Positions 16,759-22,891 of a stretch of 22,891 bases of DNA are shown here, piece after piece. Made by a program: the position numbers and the translations under genes. A model generated the notes under the pieces. The model worked only from the letters and a program-made list of their open reading frames with translations, was not told the origin of the DNA and ran no database searches. The stretch is from assembly GCA_036351155.1 (NCBI GenBank), contig JAZBOO010000299.1, forward strand, positions 1 to 22,891. The letters run 5' to 3'. Origin of the DNA: Candidatus Krumholzibacteriia bacterium. Its GTDB lineage: Bacteria > Krumholzibacteriota > Krumholzibacteriia > LZORAL124-64-63. Each line of letters opens with the position of its first letter. Within the stretch, counting starts at the first letter, position 1.

Positions 16759-19700
16759 TGGCGGACTCGTGCCCCGAACCCGAGGCATACTGATCAGCCT
16801 GCTGCTTGTGACCCTGTTGCCGGCTCTGGCTCTGGCCAGCACCATGCAGGAGATCAAGGTGGTGACCGACGAGAGCGGGTCGCGTCTGCAGGTCGATGGC
16901 CGGGACTTCATGGTCTACGGCATGAACTGGGGCTACATGCCCATCGGCCAGAACTACACCTACAGCCTGTGGAACCAGCCGGACGATGTCATCGTGGCGG
17001 CCCTGGCCCGGGAAATGCCCTTGCTCAAGGACATGGGCGTCAACGCCATCCGCCACTACGTGGGGATGCCGGCCAGGTGGGTGCAGTACGTGTACGAGAA
17101 GTACGGCATCTACACCATCATCAACCACCCCCTGGCGCGTTACGGTTTGACGGTCGATGGGGTGTGGTATCCGAACACCGACTACAGCGATCCGCGCATC
17201 CGCGCGGCGGTCAAGGCCGAGATCAAGACCATGGTCGAGGAGTTCGAGGGCACCCCGGGTATGCTGATGTGGCTGCTGGGCAACGAGAACAACTACGGGC
17301 TCAGCTGGTCCAGCTTCGAGATCGAGGCCCTGCCCGAAGGCGAGCGGAACCACGCCCGGGCGCAGCACCTGTATAGCCTGTTCGGCGAGGTCATCCGGGA
17401 AATCAAGCAGATGGATCCGCACCGCCCGGTGGCCATGGCCAACGGCGATCTGCAGTACATCGACCTGATTGCCCAGGAGTGCCAGGGTCTGGACGTGTTC
17501 GGTTCCAACGTGTACCGGGGCATCTCGGCGCGGGACTATTACCAGGTGGTCAAGGACATGCTGGGCGTGCCCACCATGTTCACCGAGTTCGGGGCCGATG
17601 CCTTCAACGCCGTGGACATGAAGGAAGACCAGGTGACCCAGGCCTACTATCTGCTGGGGCAGTGGCGCGAGATCTACGAGCAGTCGGCGGGCAAGGGCAA
17701 GGTGGGCAACGCCATCGGCGGGCTCATCTTCCAGTGGAGCGACGGGTGGTGGAAGTTCCGGCAGGAAGAGCGCCTGAACATCCACGACACCAATGCCTCG
17801 TGGCCGAACGATGCCTACCCCGAGGATTTCCGTGCCGGCGAGAACAACATGAACGAGGAGTGGTGGGGCATCACGGCCAAGGGCTATCCCGATGCACGTG
17901 GTCTGTACGATGTCTACCCGCGCGCGGCTTACTACGTGCTGCGCGATGCCTTCAAGCTGGATCCTTACGCGAAGAGCACCGACATCGACGCCATCCGTAC
18001 CCACTTCGGCAGCATCCAGCCCATGGGGGCGGTCCTGGCGGCCCGGGGCGATGCGGCCGCTCTGGAAACGGGTATTCTCAGCAAGGTGCGCGTGTCCAGC
18101 CTGCGCATGGAGTTTGAAACCTATGGCACCGGGGGCAAGAATGTCTCCACCCCGGATGTGGACAATCCGCAGACCGCCGCGCCGTCATTCCGGGGCTTCG
18201 ACAACGCTCAGTCGTTCTTCGCCGAGATCGAGGCCAAGCCCAACGACGCGGTGATCGGCAAGCTGTCGCTGAATGTTCTGGGGCGGGTGGCCAAGAACCC
18301 CATCGACGAGATCTTCTACGAGAATCGCGGGCGCCCTCGGGAGCTGACCGACACCGATGGCGAGGATTTCGAGATCAGCTCGCTGGACCGGGTCAAGGTG
18401 TACCAGGGCTCGATCACCTGGGATGACCGCTGGTTCATGCTCGACGCCTTCTACCGCACCGGGCATCTGCACTGGCAGTACCAGGGCGATTTCTTTGGCC
18501 TGTACCGCGACGCCTTCTACGGCGAGAACGTGGACATCTACAACGGCGAAGCGCCGGTGGGCTTCGAGATCGCCGGCAAGAAAAGCCTGACCGGCCTGAC
18601 CCTGGCCTTCGGTCCCCAGCTGTGGTGGGGCGCCAATCCGGCGGTGTTCGTCAAGTACCAGCGCCGGGTGGCGGGCTCCGACTGGACGGCCATGTTCCAG
18701 GAAGACTTCACCCAGCAGAACGAGCTGACCAGCTCGGTGGCCATCCCCATCCGCACCACGCGCAAGGCCTCGATCCAGATGGCCCGCCCCGTGGGCCCCT
18801 TCAACTTCGAGGGCGGCGTGCTGTGGTCTGGTCAGCCGCGTGAAGGCGACAGCTTCCAGCTGCTGCGCGATGATGCCCTGCTGGACGAGGGCAGCACCAT
18901 CACCTACGACGACATCCTCACCGACACCATCAAGACCGAGGACACCTTCGGCTTCAAGGGCAAGCTGACCTGGCAAAAGGGTCGCTACAACTGGTACGGC
19001 CAGGGCGCCTACATGGGCCTGGTGGCCGAGGCCGGTCCCACGGCCATTCCCACCTTCACCGGCTGGGGCTTGAAGGATTCGGGGTCGGGCAACCAGGTCA
19101 ACGCCCTGACCGGCCTGGCCGTGACCCTGGGCAACTGGCAGGTGGGCCCCAACTTCCTGTGGCAGAAGCCCATCGTGGGGCCCATGCCTCATTCGGACGA
19201 TCTGGCCGCCACCCAGGGCCGTCCCCGCAACGTGCTGGACGATCCGTTTGCCGTGCGCGGCAACCGCGAAACCACCGCGGGTGAGATCATGCTGACCTAC
19301 GATCCCACTCCGGCCACCTGGATGTGGGCCTGGGACAGCGATGTGCGGGAAGATGCCGACTTCGCCGCCAGCGTGGGTTTTGTGGTCAAGCGCCACCATA
19401 CCACCGCCGATGCGGGCCTGTTCATCTCCGACACCGACCAGGTGTACGCCTTCCCCGGCGCCACGCCGGCCCGCGATCTGTGGGAGCTGAACTGCCGGTT
19501 CGTCAACCGCTTCGGGTTGTCTCGCCGCATGATCAGCCACCTGGCCTTCGGAACCGTCGAGCCCAACGGCGACAACACGCGTCTGATCCATCGCTTCAGC
19601 CTGGACACGCGCATTGCCTGGCCGCATGTGTCGCTGGGCGCGCACTTCAAGGTGAACGACTACGGCCCCTACGACTATCACCGCGACCACAACCTGACCT

Positions 19701-19930
19701 ACCCCCTGCAAGTGATGGGCGACCTGGCCTACACCCTGGGCCGGCCCGCCTGGTTCGGTTACCCCGAGACCAAGCTGGGCGTGCGCCTGACTTACCGGAC
19801 CCTGGACCGGTTCTCCAACCGCATCTACTACGAGGACCAGCCAGAGCTGGAAGAAGGGGAGCTTTACCCCAACGGGCTGGGCGACGGGAACGAGTGGGAG
19901 TTCCGGACGTACCTGCACCTGGTGCTGTAG
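16742..19930 (+). CDS. Exported clan GH-A (GH2-TIM-barrel-like) glycoside hydrolase fused to a probable outer-membrane beta-barrel
   Basis: GTG 16742 with AGGAG RBS, overlapping the GH1 stop; signal peptide; MGVNAIRHY, WLLGNENN, MFTEFG, FQWSDGWWK. The C-terminal ~610 aa consist of amphipathic beta-strands and end WEFRTYLHLVL. Confidence 0.8.
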   Translation: MLPKRNGGLVPRTRGILISLLLVTLLPALALASTMQEIKVVTDESGSRLQVDGRDFMVYGMNWGYMPIGQNYTYSLWNQPDDVIVAALAREMPLLKDMGVNAIRHYVGMPARWVQYVYEKYGIYTIINHPLARYGLTVDGVWYPNTDYSDPRIRAAVKAEIKTMVEEFEGTPGMLMWLLGNENNYGLSWSSFEIEALPEGERNHARAQHLYSLFGEVIREIKQMDPHRPVAMANGDLQYIDLIAQECQGLDVFGSNVYRGISARDYYQVVKDMLGVPTMFTEFGADAFNAVDMKEDQVTQAYYLLGQWREIYEQSAGKGKVGNAIGGLIFQWSDGWWKFRQEERLNIHDTNASWPNDAYPEDFRAGENNMNEEWWGITAKGYPDARGLYDVYPRAAYYVLRDAFKLDPYAKSTDIDAIRTHFGSIQPMGAVLAARGDAAALETGILSKVRVSSLRMEFETYGTGGKNVSTPDVDNPQTAAPSFRGFDNAQSFFAEIEAKPNDAVIGKLSLNVLGRVAKNPIDEIFYENRGRPRELTDTDGEDFEISSLDRVKVYQGSITWDDRWFMLDAFYRTGHLHWQYQGDFFGLYRDAFYGENVDIYNGEAPVGFEIAGKKSLTGLTLAFGPQLWWGANPAVFVKYQRRVAGSDWTAMFQEDFTQQNELTSSVAIPIRTTRKASIQMARPVGPFNFEGGVLWSGQPREGDSFQLLRDDALLDEGSTITYDDILTDTIKTEDTFGFKGKLTWQKGRYNWYGQGAYMGLVAEAGPTAIPTFTGWGLKDSGSGNQVNALTGLAVTLGNWQVGPNFLWQKPIVGPMPHSDDLAATQGRPRNVLDDPFAVRGNRETTAGEIMLTYDPTPATWMWAWDSDVREDADFAASVGFVVKRHHTTADAGLFISDTDQVYAFPGATPARDLWELNCRFVNRFGLSRRMISHLAFGTVEPNGDNTRLIHRFSLDTRIAWPHVSLGAHFKVNDYGPYDYHRDHNLTYPLQVMGDLAYTLGRPAWFGYPETKLGVRLTYRTLDRFSNRIYYEDQPELEEGELYPNGLGDGNEWEFRTYLHLVL

Positions 19931-19945
19931 AGTTCGGCGGCAGAC

Positions 19946-19985
19946 AAAGAAACGGCCCGGTCCTGGCGACCGGGCCGTTTTCTTT
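19946..19985. terminator. Bidirectional intrinsic terminator
   Basis: AAAGAAACGGCCCGGTC-CTGGC-GACCGGGCCGTTTTCTTT between convergent genes. Confidence 0.9.
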
Positions 19986-20002
19986 GGAAACCAGAGCGAC
20001 AA

Positions 20003-20821
20003 CTACGGCAGCTCGCCGTACACCCTCACGTAATCCACCAGCATGGTCTGAGGAAACTGGGTGGTTTCGTCGGGGGAGCCGGGCCAGCGTCCGCCCACCG
20101 CCACGTTCAGCAGCATGAAGAAGGGGTGGTCGTACACCCAGGTGGCCCCGGCGGGAAACTCGCCCTTTTTCACCTCGTGGTACTTGAAGCCGTCGACATA
20201 CCACGTGATGCGATCGGTTTCCCACTCGATGGCGTAAACGTGGAAGCCCAGATTGAAGCCCCCCTGGCCGATGGAGTGGCTGTTGCCGATGGCGCCATTG
20301 CCCGAGTGTCCGGGCCCGTGAATCGTGCCGTAGATGGTCCGGGGATCGTGTCCCAAAAATTCCATGATGTCGATCTCGCCGCAGGCAGGCCAGCCCACCT
20401 GGTCGATGTTGTGGCCCAGCATCCAGAAAGCCGGCCAGATGCCCTGACCCTCCGGCAGCTTGATGCGGGCCTCGAATCGGCCGGTGGCCTGCTCGAACAG
20501 CCCCTTGGTCTTGATGCGGCCGCCGGTGTAATCCTGTCCCTGAAACGATTCCTCGCGCGCGGTGATGGCCAGGTTGCCCTGGCCGTCCAGGCTCACGTTC
20601 TCGGGGCGGTTGGTGTCATACTCGAGCTGCAGGTTGCCCCAGTCGGTCCCGATGTCGAAAACCCACTTGGCCGGGTCGGGCAGCTGGCCGGCGGGGCCCT
20701 CGAACTCATCGGCCCAGGTCAGGCCGTACTCCACCTGCGGAGAATCCTGATCGTCGTCGCCGCAGCCGGCCAGGGCGGCCATGGGCACCAGACAGCACAT
20801 CAGCACGAGGGATCTCTTCAT
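20003..20821 (-). CDS. GH16 endo-beta-1,3-glucanase (laminarinase type), lipoprotein
   Basis: Lipobox LAGC; WADEF, GIWPAFWMLG, WPACGEIDIME (ExDxxE), LLNVAVGG, VDYVRVY; ATGA overlap with the ROK gene. Confidence 0.95.
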   Translation of the reverse strand: MKRSLVLMCCLVPMAALAGCGDDDQDSPQVEYGLTWADEFEGPAGQLPDPAKWVFDIGTDWGNLQLEYDTNRPENVSLDGQGNLAITAREESFQGQDYTGGRIKTKGLFEQATGRFEARIKLPEGQGIWPAFWMLGHNIDQVGWPACGEIDIMEFLGHDPRTIYGTIHGPGHSGNGAIGNSHSIGQGGFNLGFHVYAIEWETDRITWYVDGFKYHEVKKGEFPAGATWVYDHPFFMLLNVAVGGRWPGSPDETTQFPQTMLVDYVRVYGELP

Positions 20822-22089
20822 TCGCTGGCAGCCTTCCGAGTGGCCGGTCCATTCCCGGTGACTGCGGGGAAAACCCGCGAATCCTCCAGCGCGGACTTCA
20901 GGACCAGAGTGGCGGCTCCGATGGCCACGGACTTGGGTCCCAGCTCGCTGGCCACGATCTGGGCGGCGGCCACCGAGCTGACCAGGGTGCGGCTGGTGAT
21001 CATCTTGCGCAGCGGAGCCAGGACCAGCTCGCCCAGCCGGGCAAAGTCGCCGCCCATGACCACCACCGCAGGGTTCAGCAGGTTCAGCAGGCTGGCGACG
21101 GCAATGCCGATGTGTTCGGCCGCCTCGTTCACCACCTGCAGGGCCAGGGAATCACCGTTCAGGGCCGCGTTTTCGATGGCGCTGATGGTGATGTCCTTGC
21201 CCGAGAGAATGCTGTCGGGGTATTCGGCCAGCAATTCCCAGGCGCGCGATTTCAGGGCCGCGCCACCGGCCATGGTGACCAGGCAGCCACGCAGGCCGCA
21301 CAGGCAAACCTTGCCGTGGGGATCGATGGCCATGTGCCCGATTTCTCCGGCCACGCCCGTGGCTCCCCGGTAAATCTCGCCGCCGATGATGTGCCCCGAG
21401 CCAATACCCGTGGCAATCTTGATGTAGGAGATGTTGTCGACGTCCTTGCAAGACCCCCACCAGTGTTCGGCGAGGGCGCCCAGGTTGGCGTCGTTGTCCA
21501 CCAGCAAGGGGACATCCAGTTCGGCGCTCAGTTCTTCGAGACCCAGACGGCCCTTCCAGGCCGGCAGCACGGTGCTGGACAGCCGGTCGGGAGACGAGGG
21601 ATCCACGGGGCTGGGCACGGCCACCCCGATGCCCACCAGAGGCTTTCCGGCGGCCACGGGGTCGGCCAGGCACTGCTGACACAGCTGGGCAATGACCTTG
21701 CGGGTGCTTTCGGGTTCGTCGCGGACTGGGTGGTCCTGCGACACCCAGGCCAGCACCTTGCCGCGCAGGTCGGTCAGGGCCACGGCCACATGGGCGCCGC
21801 CCATTTCCACGCCCAGGATCACGCAGGCGTCGTCCTGGAACTCAAGCACGATGGGGCGACGGCCACCGCGCGAAGGCCCTTCGCCCACCTCCTGCACCAG
21901 GCCGGTGGGCAGGATCTCCTTGATGATCTCGGAAACGGTGGACCGGGACAGTCCACCCAGACGGGCGATGTCGGCCCGGGATATTTTTTGCTTTTCCCAG
22001 ATCAGACGCAACACGGCGTCGGCCAGGGGCCGGGGATGGCCGGGTTCGGACCGGCGCAACCCTTTCCACATCAGGGTACGGTTATCCAT
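20818..22089 (-). CDS. ROK family transcriptional repressor (NagC/XylR-like)
   Basis: N-terminal HTH ISRADIARLGGLSRSTVSEII, GGRRP, DNDAN, GIGSG, GEIGH, CLCGLRGC. Confidence 0.95.
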   Translation of the reverse strand: MDNRTLMWKGLRRSEPGHPRPLADAVLRLIWEKQKISRADIARLGGLSRSTVSEIIKEILPTGLVQEVGEGPSRGGRRPIVLEFQDDACVILGVEMGGAHVAVALTDLRGKVLAWVSQDHPVRDEPESTRKVIAQLCQQCLADPVAAGKPLVGIGVAVPSPVDPSSPDRLSSTVLPAWKGRLGLEELSAELDVPLLVDNDANLGALAEHWWGSCKDVDNISYIKIATGIGSGHIIGGEIYRGATGVAGEIGHMAIDPHGKVCLCGLRGCLVTMAGGAALKSRAWELLAEYPDSILSGKDITISAIENAALNGDSLALQVVNEAAEHIGIAVASLLNLLNPAVVVMGGDFARLGELVLAPLRKMITSRTLVSSVAAAQIVASELGPKSVAIGAATLVLKSALEDSRVFPAVTGNGPATRKAASE

Positions 22090-22150
22090 GAACAGCTCTC
22101 CAACTGTTGATCAATGCGGCTTGGTCGGGATTGACGGCCAGTGCCGCACT

Positions 22151-22891
22151 TTACCTGTGCCAGTAAATGTTGTCCACCAGCACCAGCTGGGCGTCATCGG
22201 TGCTCAAAACCAGCTGGCCCACGTGGTCCAGGGGAGCCGTCAGCCCGAAATCTTCCAGGGGAATGTCCAGCGACACCCAGTCCCCCGCGGTGAAGGCAGG
22301 AGTGGTGGTGGCATCGAAGGTAAGTTCGGATTGCCCGATGACCAAACCGCCATCCCCGTTGAAGGCCACAATCTTGACCCGGAAGTTGGTGCCCACGGGG
22401 GCAAACAGGTCCAGGTGCAGGTGGGTCATGTCCGAGGCGTCCACCGTCAAGGACGAGAAGTCGATGCCCACGAAGTTCAGGGCGGCGTACATCTTGGCCA
22501 CGTTGCCGTTCACGCTGTACTCGGAATCTTCGGCGGTGGAATACTGCCAGTTGGTGTCCCAGGTGCCCACCGGCACGTTGGTATAGGCCCCGCTGAACAT
22601 CGAGATCACATCACTGGCCGGCAGGGTGGGCTCGGGGGCCGCTGCCGAAGGAGGGTCATACACACTCAGCACGGCCATGCCGGCGGCCTCGGTGCCGTCC
22701 ATGCTGGCATTGATCACTGTGGTGCCCGAACCGATCAGCTTGATCTGTCCATTTTCCACGGTGGCCACGGCCGGGTTCTGCGAGGTGAAGTCGAAGTAGC
22801 TGGGCGAATGGTCCACCCGGATGTCGGCCCCGTCCACATCGAACAAGGTGTAGGTGCCGGCCACATCCACCTTGGCCCCGGTGAAGTACTG
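22151..22891 (-). CDS. 5'-truncated protein with an Ig-like (Big_2) domain and a C-terminal glycan-binding beta-sandwich module
   Basis: Frame is open to the window edge (QYFTGAKVDVAG...). FTSQNPAVATV...GTTVINAS is Big_2-like. APEPT...DVISMFSGAY...VDASDMTHLHLDLF...WVSLDIPLEDF...VDNIYW resembles modules of flavobacterial beta-glucan surface-binding proteins (from recall). Confidence 0.75.
   Translation of the reverse strand, partial: QYFTGAKVDVAGTYTLFDVDGADIRVDHSPSYFDFTSQNPAVATVENGQIKLIGSGTTVINASMDGTEAAGMAVLSVYDPPSAAAPEPTLPASDVISMFSGAYTNVPVGTWDTNWQYSTAEDSEYSVNGNVAKMYAALNFVGIDFSSLTVDASDMTHLHLDLFAPVGTNFRVKIVAFNGDGGLVIGQSELTFDATTTPAFTAGDWVSLDIPLEDFGLTAPLDHVGQLVLSTDDAQLVLVDNIYWHR

Overview
GC-rich bacterial window, probably from an FCB-group lineage such as Krumholzibacteriota/Latescibacterota. 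This is inferred from the PNP(F/A)NP + FlgD-Ig C-terminal tails and a 'ST(W/M)GxIKxLYR' C-terminal tag. Most of the window (about 4.7-22.9 kb) is a beta-1,3-glucan (laminarin-type) utilisation locus with no SusC/SusD pair visible here. It encodes GH17 and GH16 lipoproteins, a GPH/MFS sugar transporter, a GH149-type phosphorylase, a GH1 beta-glucosidase, a ROK repressor and a partial Ig + carbohydrate-binding protein. It also encodes two paralogous secreted beta-sandwich proteins with different C-terminal tails and a ~1060-aa protein joining a clan GH-A catalytic domain to a probable large outer-membrane beta-barrel. A palindrome, TGTTCGG-N3-CCGAACA, occurs three times at the promoters of four of the locus's transcription units and is the likely ROK operator. 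A three-gene islet (8.4-10.5 kb) interrupts the locus. The left end holds a partial lipoprotein, an orphan ECF sigma factor, a FlgD-tailed secreted protein, a CPBP protease and a MipA/OmpV protein. All family calls come from motif recognition by eye; no searches were run.
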